A stretch of DNA of 56,646 nucleotides from an uncultured Clostridium sp. (GTDB lineage Bacteria; Bacillota_I; Bacilli_A; RF39; UBA660). This document shows, piece after piece, positions 29,176 to 38,405 of this stretch. The notes under the pieces are model-generated. The model did no database searches. It saw nothing but the letters and a program-made list of their open reading frames with translations, and was not told the origin of the DNA. Within the stretch, counting starts at the first letter, position 1; the number at the start of each line of letters is the position of its first letter. The stretch is taken from the NCBI GenBank assembly GCA_964612605.1, contig CAZTEJ010000001.1, positions 1 through 56,646 of the forward strand, written 5' to 3'. Position numbers and translations under genes: made by a program.

Positions 29176-30918
29176 TTAATCGATATAAAAGCAGGGGCGA
29201 ACACCACCAGTAGCAGAAGCACTGCCGCTGTGGCTACTACCATCGTAGTCGACATAAGCGAAAGCAGACGCCGTTGTAATACTTCTTAACCAGTACCAAT
29301 ATGACCTATTAGTAATATATTCAGGTGCTAATCTAAATAGTGGTAATTGGCAATTATCACTACCAATATCATATCCACTAGATGACCATGCAATTGAACC
29401 ATATACTTGCACTTCATTCATCAAGTCCAACTTTCTACTTTGCCATGCCCATGCATTAGAGCAACCACTATTTGTTCCAAATCTATTATAACCTGATGAA
29501 TTGATACCAGTTGTAAGTAAATTTCTTATTTCAAGAACATGAGTACCAAAAACAGGTGTTATATAAGTGTCTAAAACACTTGGCAATGTTGTAGTATACA
29601 TAGCACTTGCAACATAACCACCAACAGTAGTATTTGTATCATTCATTTGTGCTGTTGCTAGATGTTTGTCAGGAACAATTATCGCATGATGCTTCGTTAA
29701 TTCGGTGTCCCCCTTATGTAAGTATACATCAAAACCTGCAATTCGCCAAGTTATTGAGTTCTTAATTATATAATCCCCAACAAATAAATCATCAAAACTA
29801 CCACTTGAAATTCGTGTAAATAAAGTACCATCATCTAAATAACTTGTAATGTCTTTACCTCTAAAAACAGAATTGTGATAACCAGCAACTGCTTTATTGG
29901 TTAAATCATCAAATTTGCCACCTGTGGCAACTGTTTTTATGTTGTCTAGTATATTCTTATATGCAGTAGTAAATGAAGCAGTAATGCTATCTAAAATGGA
30001 TTTGTTGCTGTGTGAGTGCCTATTTGTTGTATTACTATCTAAATTACTTTTATCAGTAGTTGTAAAACTTGCAGTTGTTCCATCCAAAATTGATTTATTT
30101 GAATGAGTATGTCTATTAGTAGTATTCGCATCAACTTTACTTTTATAATCATTTGTAAAGTCATTTGTACTTAATCCCTTACCTGTCTGTTTTTCTTGAT
30201 ATACACCACTTTTAACATTAAAAGTAAGTTTTCCATTTACTGTTTTTAATTCTAATGTTGTACCATCTGCATAATATTCATTAACTAACTCTGCAACAGG
30301 TATTTTAATAGTATCACTATTTGCTAAAACTAATACTAAACTTTCGGTAGAACTATCATAATGACCACTTTTAATTAATAACTCTAATGGCAAATCAATT
30401 TGAACAGTGGAATTATCTTTTCTAGTAAAAGTCAATACACCATTTGATGCATTATAAGATACATCTTTAAATACATCATCTAATGTTGATAATGTTTCGT
30501 TTATTTCATCTTTTAAAGTGATAACATCATTGATTAAACTATCTAATATTTGATAATTTTCTTCTTTTACTATTTCATCATCCATATCAATTTGACCATC
30601 TACTATTGTTATATTCCCTTTTGCAGTATTTGTTAATCTACTATCACTACCATATAATGCAACACTAAATAAGTATTTTCCAACTTCATTAAAAGCCATA
30701 TTCTTTTCAAAAGTCACTTTATTATCATTTATTTCACTTGAAAAATGCAAACCACTTGGTTTTACCATATAAAATATTGCTTTTGAAAAATCATTTTTAC
30801 TTAATTGAAAATTAAATTCAATTGAATTATAGTCACCTTTTACAATTTTTATTTCATCTGATGTTATACTATCACTTTTTTCAAAATTAACTAAAATATC
30901 AAATTTTTTATTTTCCAT
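29176..30918 (-). CDS. Tail fibre / receptor-binding protein, the DGR target (C-terminal lectin-like variable domain)
   Basis: 580 aa. Tandem HxH repeats (NTTNRHTHSNKSILD / NTTNRHSHSNKSILD). C-terminal YWYWLRS...GGVRPCFYID carries the VR. Last structural gene of the tail module. Confidence 0.9.
   Translation of the reverse strand: MENKKFDILVNFEKSDSITSDEIKIVKGDYNSIEFNFQLSKNDFSKAIFYMVKPSGLHFSSEINDNKVTFEKNMAFNEVGKYLFSVALYGSDSRLTNTAKGNITIVDGQIDMDDEIVKEENYQILDSLINDVITLKDEINETLSTLDDVFKDVSYNASNGVLTFTRKDNSTVQIDLPLELLIKSGHYDSSTESLVLVLANSDTIKIPVAELVNEYYADGTTLELKTVNGKLTFNVKSGVYQEKQTGKGLSTNDFTNDYKSKVDANTTNRHTHSNKSILDGTTASFTTTDKSNLDSNTTNRHSHSNKSILDSITASFTTAYKNILDNIKTVATGGKFDDLTNKAVAGYHNSVFRGKDITSYLDDGTLFTRISSGSFDDLFVGDYIIKNSITWRIAGFDVYLHKGDTELTKHHAIIVPDKHLATAQMNDTNTTVGGYVASAMYTTTLPSVLDTYITPVFGTHVLEIRNLLTTGINSSGYNRFGTNSGCSNAWAWQSRKLDLMNEVQVYGSIAWSSSGYDIGSDNCQLPLFRLAPEYITNRSYWYWLRSITTASAFAYVDYDGSSHSGSASATGGVRPCFYID
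29186..29272 (-). repeat. DGR variable repeat (VR), the last ~30 codons of the fibre gene
   Basis: Differs from the TR only at plus-strand TR T positions 28475, 28506, 28509, 28510, 28512, 28516, 28521, 28528, 28531, 28534 and 28540. Encodes YVDYDGSSHSGS where the TR encodes NVNNNGNSNNNN. Confidence 0.95.
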
Positions 30919-30932
30919 ATCTCATTCCTCCT

Positions 30933-32504
30933 TTAAGCACTCCTTTTCCAATAATAAATCGTTTCATTATTTATCGTTTGACTAGTCAATAATACCCAAG
31001 TTCCACTTACATATGTTGATGGATTTGTATTTGCTGATGTAATTATAATTGAATTAATTGGATGTAAATTATCAAAGTCACATCCATTGACTTCAAATGA
31101 ATTTTCTTTTGTTGGAAAGCAGTTTATTCCAACAGACTTTAAAAGAACATCTATAAACATAATAGGTGTTCCTTTTGCTATAACTAAATTATAAGTAGTC
31201 GTTCCAAATTTATCCTGAATTACGAATTGAAAATTATAAGCATATAACTTATTTATTGAAATTTCATATTCGGTATTGTTTGAAATTGATACATAAGAAT
31301 TATAATCACTATCTGATGTCTTTTTATAACGATATTTTATTGATTGTATTGCATTTTTGCTATTTACACTTGAAATAGAAACTTGAACTTTTATTTTTGT
31401 ATTATCTTCGTAGTTGTTTAATCTCCTTGCACTAATAACTGCTGATGGCAATATCCAATCAAATATTGTAATCGTTTTAGAAATAGTCGTGCTATTTCCT
31501 CGACTATCTATTGCTTTTATGCTAACTACTGAATTTGAACCTATATTAACAGTTCCATAATTTATTGTTGATGCTCCTGTTTTATTTTGAGTAGCCCCAT
31601 TAAATGTAACTTCATATTTTGATATACTTGCACCCTTTTTTGCTTTTGCACCAGTAAATGATACTTGCAAATTAGAGTTATTTCTAACTATGTGTTGATT
31701 ATTACCAGTTATATCAACTATTGAACTATTAGTATCTTGATAAGATATTTGAGAATTAGTAAAAATTGGATTTCCATTTACAATTGTTAGGGTCTTATCA
31801 AGAGTTGAATAAAAAGTTGTATCTCCTATAACTGTTCTAACATAAAATTTAACAGTTCTTGAATTTGAAGTTGTTGTTGCATTTCTCAATGTATTTCTTT
31901 CATTCTCAGTCAAGTTAAAAGTATAAGATGACCCTGTTTTAGAAATCGCTCTATAAGGTACATCATCATTTGAACCCGTAAGTGAAATACAAGCATCTAA
32001 TGAATTTACGGAATCTCCTGCACTATTTGAATAATTAATAGTGGGATTCTGTTCATCATTAAAATCTGTTGCACTTGTCAAATTGGCTTGTCTAGGAATT
32101 TTTGAACATACCATATCAACACTATTCGCTTGATAAAAACTAGGATTATCCCATCTGCTAGCAACTCCATTACCATAATAGAATAATTGTTTTACATAGG
32201 CTGATAAAGTTAATGAGCCATCGGAATTATTATCAAATGTCGATGTTCCAGATGCTAATTCCCATCCTTCCGACCAATTTGATTTTTCTGGTTTTCCATC
32301 ATATAAAACTTTTCCTCCTAATGTGACATATGCTCTATATAGTGTTGACCATGAGTTGTGACAGGTTATTTTCCACTTTACTGTTGTTTGATTAGTTGCT
32401 CCATTTGTTTGTGTAATATCAGTAACAGTTAATTTAATATATGATTTTTGACCACTATGTGGCTCTGAATAGTTTGATAACGAACTAGGACTAATACTTG
32501 CCAT
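30933..32504 (-). CDS. Tail/baseplate-associated structural protein (second fibre or receptor-binding candidate)
   Basis: 523-aa Ser/Thr/Asn-rich beta-type sequence between the Tal and the DGR-target fibre. Confidence 0.55.
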   Translation of the reverse strand: MASISPSSLSNYSEPHSGQKSYIKLTVTDITQTNGATNQTTVKWKITCHNSWSTLYRAYVTLGGKVLYDGKPEKSNWSEGWELASGTSTFDNNSDGSLTLSAYVKQLFYYGNGVASRWDNPSFYQANSVDMVCSKIPRQANLTSATDFNDEQNPTINYSNSAGDSVNSLDACISLTGSNDDVPYRAISKTGSSYTFNLTENERNTLRNATTTSNSRTVKFYVRTVIGDTTFYSTLDKTLTIVNGNPIFTNSQISYQDTNSSIVDITGNNQHIVRNNSNLQVSFTGAKAKKGASISKYEVTFNGATQNKTGASTINYGTVNIGSNSVVSIKAIDSRGNSTTISKTITIFDWILPSAVISARRLNNYEDNTKIKVQVSISSVNSKNAIQSIKYRYKKTSDSDYNSYVSISNNTEYEISINKLYAYNFQFVIQDKFGTTTYNLVIAKGTPIMFIDVLLKSVGINCFPTKENSFEVNGCDFDNLHPINSIIITSANTNPSTYVSGTWVLLTSQTINNETIYYWKRSA

Positions 32505-32514
32505 AACTCACCTC

Positions 32515-34197
32515 CTAAACCAAAGCAACATATCCAATACCATCATTTACAATCGTTCCATTTTCAACAATAGTTATTGGTATTTCTCTTAATTTGCTTG
32601 CAATTGTTATTTCTTCTTCAACAACTGATTTTCTTTGATGAAATTCATCTCCATCAACCCAATAAGTTTTTACATTCTGTGCATTATATCCTGCAAAACC
32701 TACTTCAGGATTAATTTTAATATACGAATTATTATCATTAAAAAATGTTAAACCAGTCTTATCAAATTTTGAAATCAATCTATTTGCTTCGTCATATAAT
32801 TCTAAAACACCTGCTTCATTTAAATTTGAACCAAGTTTTAAAGTTCCACCTTTAATCATGTCAGCGATTAAATTTATTACATTTATATTTTGCATATTTA
32901 ATATTCCATCTATTGTCCAAGCAGATTTAAAAGTACCATTAATACCACTTTGACTAAATCCGATACCTGCACTATTTATCCTAATAACATTTTTTGCATC
33001 TTCTTTTGGCAATTTATCTACTATCAATATTTGATTATAATCATCATTTATTACATATGAACTACCCATTGCAGATGTTATCTTATTTGTTGCTTCTTCT
33101 AATTCAGTTTGAAGTTTTGTAATATTATTAGTTGTAGTTTTTTCTATTTCATCTGTAATATTAGATGTAATATTTGTAACTAAATTTTTTAATTTACTTT
33201 TAAAGTTTCCAAATTGAATTTTGGTATAACTTTTTTTGATACAATCATATTCAATGGATATTACATTAGTTTTAATATCTATATTACATTTTGGATGCTT
33301 AACATATATTACATCACCAACATCAGAAATATCTTTTAAATATGCATTTACTGAATAATTAATTTTTGGCAATTTGTTATCTTCTAAATAATTTAATGCT
33401 TGATTTCTTAAATTTTCAATTAAAGCATTCTTATATTCTTCTTCGTTTAATACACCATCCTCGTTTTTGAAATCATCTTCTGATATATCATCTTGTGAAA
33501 AAGAAATTTTTTTTGACATTGGAATATCATACAACTTATCACTAATTTCAAGGTATTTTTCGGGTAATGTTAAACCATCTTTTCCAACGGGTAATATTTT
33601 AGTTAAAACATCATCCCAATTTTCCGATGCTTTTATTTCTTTTATATTTTTAGCATATGCTATAACAACTCCCCTATCTTCGCCAATTGTACTTCTAACC
33701 TCAATATTGTAATTGTCTCTTATTAAATGCCCATTGTATCTATCAACACAAACAGCAATTGCTTCTTCTAATGAATGTCTGACACATCTATATGATGCAA
33801 TTGTTGATATATCAGATATAAAAGTAAATGGTGTTTTAATATCACAAGCATTGTTTAAATGGTCTAATGCATCATTGCAATTCTTGTCAACTACATAAGA
33901 GTCATAAATCAAATAATTCTTTGTATCAAAATATAAATGATATCCTTTACAGTTTAATGTTTTATTTTTAATTATTGGATTAGTAAGTCTAAATCCTTGA
34001 TATCCCCATGGCGTTGGCACTCTAATTATCATATTTGCTTGATAATATTCTATATTATCAATAGTATCTTGTAAATCAATATAATATTCTCCGTTATCTT
34101 CTTTGGTAATAATTGCTTGCAAGGGTTTTAATATTTTTATGCCATTATTATCAAATTTTTTTTCGGTTGATGGATAAACACTTATCATTATAACCAC
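32515..34197 (-). CDS. Tail-associated protein (Tal / phage minor structural protein)
   Basis: 560 aa. Sits immediately after Dit and overlaps it. The N-terminal region resembles the prophage-tail 'minor structural protein N-terminal' family. Confidence 0.65.
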   Translation of the reverse strand: MVIMISVYPSTEKKFDNNGIKILKPLQAIITKEDNGEYYIDLQDTIDNIEYYQANMIIRVPTPWGYQGFRLTNPIIKNKTLNCKGYHLYFDTKNYLIYDSYVVDKNCNDALDHLNNACDIKTPFTFISDISTIASYRCVRHSLEEAIAVCVDRYNGHLIRDNYNIEVRSTIGEDRGVVIAYAKNIKEIKASENWDDVLTKILPVGKDGLTLPEKYLEISDKLYDIPMSKKISFSQDDISEDDFKNEDGVLNEEEYKNALIENLRNQALNYLEDNKLPKINYSVNAYLKDISDVGDVIYVKHPKCNIDIKTNVISIEYDCIKKSYTKIQFGNFKSKLKNLVTNITSNITDEIEKTTTNNITKLQTELEEATNKITSAMGSSYVINDDYNQILIVDKLPKEDAKNVIRINSAGIGFSQSGINGTFKSAWTIDGILNMQNINVINLIADMIKGGTLKLGSNLNEAGVLELYDEANRLISKFDKTGLTFFNDNNSYIKINPEVGFAGYNAQNVKTYWVDGDEFHQRKSVVEEEITIASKLREIPITIVENGTIVNDGIGYVALV

Positions 34198-34880
34198 CTA
34201 CTTTGTGCATCAATTTTAATTTTTGATAAATTACCATTCCACGTAATTATATTTATTCCACTTTTTAAAGTAGGGAAATCGCCATTCATCAATCTGTTTT
34301 TTAATTGACTATTTTTATATGCATTTTCTTCTAATGAATCAATAACTACAAATTCATCATCAATATCTATTTGAAAAATATAATTATTATTTATTTTAAT
34401 TGATACTAGACCACTTCCATATAAAGTAATAATTGGTTTAGATATTTCTAATCCTTGATTAGCAACTTTTACTTCATTGCAATCAGCAACATCAAAAACA
34501 AATGGTGGTTCATTAACTTTGTATTTAAAAGGTTGAACATGAAATTTAACTTTTGCTTTTTTAAACCTTAAAAGTCTTTCATAATCTATCTGTTCCAATA
34601 TTGTTGCTTTATAATATTTGTCTGATTCATTAGATAATATTAAATTACCAGAACCATTAAAATAATTTATTATTTTATCAATATCAAAATTTCTAGTTAA
34701 GCCAATAGAAAGAGTTTTGGTATAACTTTCATATCCAAGTTCATCAATAATATCACCATCTCTACCATCAATTTTTGTAATAACTGTTCTCATTTTAGGC
34801 TTTGTGATAGTTGGTAATTCGCTTATTAAAAGTCCTTCTATATCTTTACTACAAATACCTTTAAAAATAATATAATTCAC
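34188..34880 (-). CDS. Distal tail protein (Dit)
   Basis: 230 aa directly downstream of the tape measure gene (4-nt overlap). N-terminus typical of siphovirus tail-component proteins. Confidence 0.65.
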   Translation of the reverse strand: MNYIIFKGICSKDIEGLLISELPTITKPKMRTVITKIDGRDGDIIDELGYESYTKTLSIGLTRNFDIDKIINYFNGSGNLILSNESDKYYKATILEQIDYERLLRFKKAKVKFHVQPFKYKVNEPPFVFDVADCNEVKVANQGLEISKPIITLYGSGLVSIKINNNYIFQIDIDDEFVVIDSLEENAYKNSQLKNRLMNGDFPTLKSGINIITWNGNLSKIKIDAQSRWL

Positions 34881-37582
34881 GAATACACCACTTCCTCTAT
34901 TGTATCAGTAATAAATGTTCCCATTTCTCTGCCATCCATAACCACTTTTACATCTTTTAATGCAACTTTAAATGCATCTATCACATTATCAATATTAGAA
35001 AAATTACCTAAAATATTACTAGATGTAATATTGGAATTAATACTTGTATCAAAATTATCTGGCAAAGCATTTGCCATTTCTTTTGCTACATCATTCATCG
35101 TATCACTAAATCCCTCTCCAACACCTAGTGCCATATTCTTACCAACTTCATCTCTAAATACTGTTGATGGAGAATGAATACCAAACACACCTTTAATGCC
35201 ATTTAAAATTGAACTACCAAATCCTTTAATTTTATCCAAAACCCAATCTTTTGCATTATTAATACCATTCCATAATCCTTGAACAATATTTTTTCCAACA
35301 TCTACCATTCCAGTTATACCACTTGTAATACCATCTTTAACTTTACCTAAAAGTTCTTTTCCAACATCAGATATTTTAGAAAAGTAATTTTTAATTCCTG
35401 ATATTAGAGAACCAATAATTTGAGGGATTTTTGAAACCAATTGTGGTATTGCTTTTATTAAGCCTTCTGCCAACTTAACAATTAATGTAATTCCAGTTTC
35501 CATTAATTTAGGCAAATTATTAGTAATAGCAGTTATTAATTTATCAATTATTTCAGGAATTCTATCAATTAATTGAGGTAATGCCTCTAATAAGCCATCT
35601 GCTAACCCAATTAATAATTGAATACCTGCATCAATTATTAAATCAATATTGTCTAATAATGTATCAACAATGGTTAATACAACATCTATTATTTGTGGTA
35701 TTAAAGTTGGCAATTCCTGTGCAATTCCTTGAACAAGTGAGCCTATCATTTGTATTCCCATTTTTACAATTTCAGGTAAATTTTGTAATAATGTTGATGT
35801 TAAAGTAGATACAATTTGCATAATTGCTGGTACTAATGATGGTAATGCATTAACAATTCCATCTGTTAATTTTGTTAAAATTTCCATTCCCAATGACAAT
35901 ATTTCTGGTAATTTGTCAGTAATTTTTTGTATTCCATTTTGCAATTCATCAGTAAGTGTTTGCATACCTTCTTCTATACTTAAATCACCAGTTATCATAT
36001 TTTGCAAAGCAGTGCTAATATTTTGTATTTCTGGTAAGAAATCAGCAATAAATCCATTTTTTATATCAGAAAACAATGAACCAACACTTTTTTTCATATC
36101 ATCTATATATGAGGTTGCAAGTTGTACTTTCCCTGCATTTGTTAATGCTAATGCTTCATTCATTCCACCTACTGATGCACCTACTACATCCATTATAACT
36201 TGTGCACGTTCGGCTTCTGTTCCAGTTTCCATTATTTTTTCTTGCACTTCATCAAAGCCATAACCTAACCTAGTTAAACCTGAATAATCACCATTTGCCA
36301 ATGCTTTACCCAAAGTTGTTGCAATTCCTGTTGCTTGTTCCATAGATGCATTTACTCCATATTGTTGAGCAGTCATATCCAACATTGTATCTGTTAATGT
36401 TTCTAATGTATCAATTTCTTCGACATAAGTTGCTAATTCTTGAGCACCACTTAATATTGCTTCTTGCGATATAACTCCACTTTTTTCTTTTTGAGCAGTT
36501 AAGTCTATATATGCTTTAATTTGTTCTTCGGTTGCATCAGTTGTATTATTTAATACTGTTTCAACTTTTCTTTCTTGTTCCTCTAACTCATTAGCCATTT
36601 CAGACCATTCATTAAATGCACTTGCAACACTTTTTATTGCACTACCTAATGCTTTTATTCCACCAACAATTGCATCACTTATTAAATTTGCTTTGATAAT
36701 ATCGCCAAGTTTTAAAGTTTTTTCGCTGGAACTTTCTGATGAATTACCAATTTCTTCAATTGATTTTGCATCTTCCTCTGCAGAACTCTGCAATTTGTCT
36801 GCAGTATCAATAATTTTTTCTTTTAATGCTTTACCTAATTTTTCAGGATGCTTTACAGTATCAGCAATTGTATTCCCAAAGTTTTCAATATTTGATTTAG
36901 TGTTTTTTAAATTATCTTTTAGTTCATTTACTTTTACTGATAAATTTTCTTTTATTGCATTACCTAAATTACCAGTACCAGCAACAGATTTTAATATTTC
37001 AGCAGTAAACAATTTTAATGTATTTGAATTAGAATTAAAATTTTTTTCAGATGATTCTAATAAATCATTATTGCTATTTATTTCTTTTTTTAAATTACTA
37101 CATTCAATATTTGCATTATTCATTGCAATTTTATAATCATTTATTTTTTTATTATTTGCATCATAATTTTTCTCTGCTTCTGCTAATTCAATAGATAATT
37201 GTTTTACTATTTTTTCTTGTTCTTTAATTTCTTGGGTTGTAGATGTAGTACTATTTTTCATTTCATCAAGTTTTTTCTTTTCACTATCTAATTCATCACT
37301 TTTATTTTGAATAGCAATACTTGATTTATTCTGTTGTTCAGTAAAATTTTTAATGGCAGTTGAGCATAAATCGATAGTTTTTTGTTCTTCTGTCAATTTA
37401 TTCTTTAATGCATCGTTTTTCGTTCGTAAATCACCAACAGTTTTACCATTGTTTATAAATTCCGTACTTGCAAGTTTTATACCACTTGTTAATACCTTTA
37501 ATTGATTATTACAATCTCGCAATGCTTTTTTATATGCATCTTCCCCAGTTAATTTTATTGTTCCACCAAAACTAGTAGCCAT
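34877..37582 (-). CDS. Tape measure protein
   Basis: 901 aa, largest phage ORF. Coiled-coil N-terminus and repetitive hydrophobic/Gly-rich helices (LP.L...I periodicity). Follows the chaperone pair. Confidence 0.9.
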   Translation of the reverse strand: MATSFGGTIKLTGEDAYKKALRDCNNQLKVLTSGIKLASTEFINNGKTVGDLRTKNDALKNKLTEEQKTIDLCSTAIKNFTEQQNKSSIAIQNKSDELDSEKKKLDEMKNSTTSTTQEIKEQEKIVKQLSIELAEAEKNYDANNKKINDYKIAMNNANIECSNLKKEINSNNDLLESSEKNFNSNSNTLKLFTAEILKSVAGTGNLGNAIKENLSVKVNELKDNLKNTKSNIENFGNTIADTVKHPEKLGKALKEKIIDTADKLQSSAEEDAKSIEEIGNSSESSSEKTLKLGDIIKANLISDAIVGGIKALGSAIKSVASAFNEWSEMANELEEQERKVETVLNNTTDATEEQIKAYIDLTAQKEKSGVISQEAILSGAQELATYVEEIDTLETLTDTMLDMTAQQYGVNASMEQATGIATTLGKALANGDYSGLTRLGYGFDEVQEKIMETGTEAERAQVIMDVVGASVGGMNEALALTNAGKVQLATSYIDDMKKSVGSLFSDIKNGFIADFLPEIQNISTALQNMITGDLSIEEGMQTLTDELQNGIQKITDKLPEILSLGMEILTKLTDGIVNALPSLVPAIMQIVSTLTSTLLQNLPEIVKMGIQMIGSLVQGIAQELPTLIPQIIDVVLTIVDTLLDNIDLIIDAGIQLLIGLADGLLEALPQLIDRIPEIIDKLITAITNNLPKLMETGITLIVKLAEGLIKAIPQLVSKIPQIIGSLISGIKNYFSKISDVGKELLGKVKDGITSGITGMVDVGKNIVQGLWNGINNAKDWVLDKIKGFGSSILNGIKGVFGIHSPSTVFRDEVGKNMALGVGEGFSDTMNDVAKEMANALPDNFDTSINSNITSSNILGNFSNIDNVIDAFKVALKDVKVVMDGREMGTFITDTIEEVVYS

Positions 37583-37600
37583 AAATTACACCTCCTTCTT

Positions 37601-37834
37601 TTAATCTGGCAAAAACTCCCCATCATGAGAGTTTAATTCTTCTAATTCTTTATAAGTAGTTTTACTTAATCTAAAATCATAATCTTTTTTATATTCATCA
37701 TATAATTTCATAAATTTATAAAAAGTCATTCTACCTATTTCTTTATCAGAATAATGAAGTAAAGTATGACCTATAAAATAAATCCGTGAGAAGTCTATTT
37801 CATCATCATAGTTCTCACGGATTACACGTTTTTT
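37601..37834 (-). CDS. -1 frameshift extension of the tail assembly chaperone (gpT-like part of a G/GT pair)
   Basis: Slippery heptamer A_AAA_AAC (minus strand, 37834..37828) lies two codons before the chaperone stop. The -1 frame stays open for 76 codons to TAA at 37603..37601, 18 nt before the tape measure ATG. Confidence 0.7.
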   Translation of the reverse strand, partial: KKRVIRENYDDEIDFSRIYFIGHTLLHYSDKEIGRMTFYKFMKLYDEYKKDYDFRLSKTTYKELEELNSHDGEFLPD

Positions 37835-38184
37835 CCATTATTATTAGTTTGCGTTGAAGCAACGGTCAAATCTAAAATGCTTTTTAATATTTTATCTTTT
37901 CCTACTTCGGTTATGATTCTACCTATTTGCCTCTCGTTTACAAATGCTTGTTTATCATTATCGTTTTTGTCTTCATTTTCGATGTCTATACCTTCGTTAA
38001 TCATTAACATTAATCCTCTTTTTAAGTCTTTAATGTTAGGTTCTCCATCTTGTTTGTTATCTACACTATCGCCCCATTTTTGAAAAGAACCATATTCATC
38101 TTGCAAATCTTCTAATACATTAAGATTAAATACAATCGGATATTTCTTTTTAGATGTTTCTATATAAGCAATTTTATCATTCAT
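37822..38184 (-). CDS. Tail assembly chaperone (gpG-like)
   Basis: 120-aa acidic ORF between the major tail and tape measure genes, ending in a slippery site. Confidence 0.75.
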   Translation of the reverse strand: MNDKIAYIETSKKKYPIVFNLNVLEDLQDEYGSFQKWGDSVDNKQDGEPNIKDLKRGLMLMINEGIDIENEDKNDNDKQAFVNERQIGRIITEVGKDKILKSILDLTVASTQTNNNGKNV

Positions 38185-38204
38185 ATTTTTCCTCCCTTAT
38201 AAAC

Positions 38205-38242
38205 AAAAAAGAGGAATAGAGATTATTAATTCCCTATCCCTC
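38205..38242 (-). terminator. Terminator-like hairpin between the major-tail region and the chaperone gene
   Basis: Minus strand reads GAGGGATAG-(14 nt)-CTATTCCTC (9-bp stem including one G.U pair) followed by TTTTTT. Confidence 0.45.
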
Positions 38243-38395
38243 GTTGCTTTCTTTTTTATTGGTATTTTTAATAATTTCTACAAATTCTTTCAATTCCTCA
38301 AATCTGTCTTTGTCAATTTCGATAACAGAATCAATTTTATTAAGAATTTTTGTCTTTTTATCAACAAAAGGACTAGTAACTTTTACTTTTATCAT
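38234..38395 (-). CDS. Small phage ORF (53 aa)
   Basis: MIKVKVTSPFVDKKTKILNKIDSVIEIDKDRFEELKEFVEIIKNTNKKESNEG. GGAGAAAG RBS. Fills the gap after the major tail gene. Below the track cutoff and preferred over the plus-strand ORF 38244..38426. Confidence 0.5.
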   Translation of the reverse strand: MIKVKVTSPFVDKKTKILNKIDSVIEIDKDRFEELKEFVEIIKNTNKKESNEG

Positions 38396-38405
38396 AATCT
38401 TTCTC

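Larger units (their letters stand above)
27210..30918 (-). mobile_element. Diversity-generating retroelement (DGR) cassette: target gene/VR - avd-like - TR - spacer - RT
   Basis: RT gene with DGR-type motifs, plus an 87-bp TR/VR pair whose 11 mismatches all fall on template adenines. Gene order matches the BPP-1 mtd-avd-TR-brt cassette. Confidence 0.95.
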
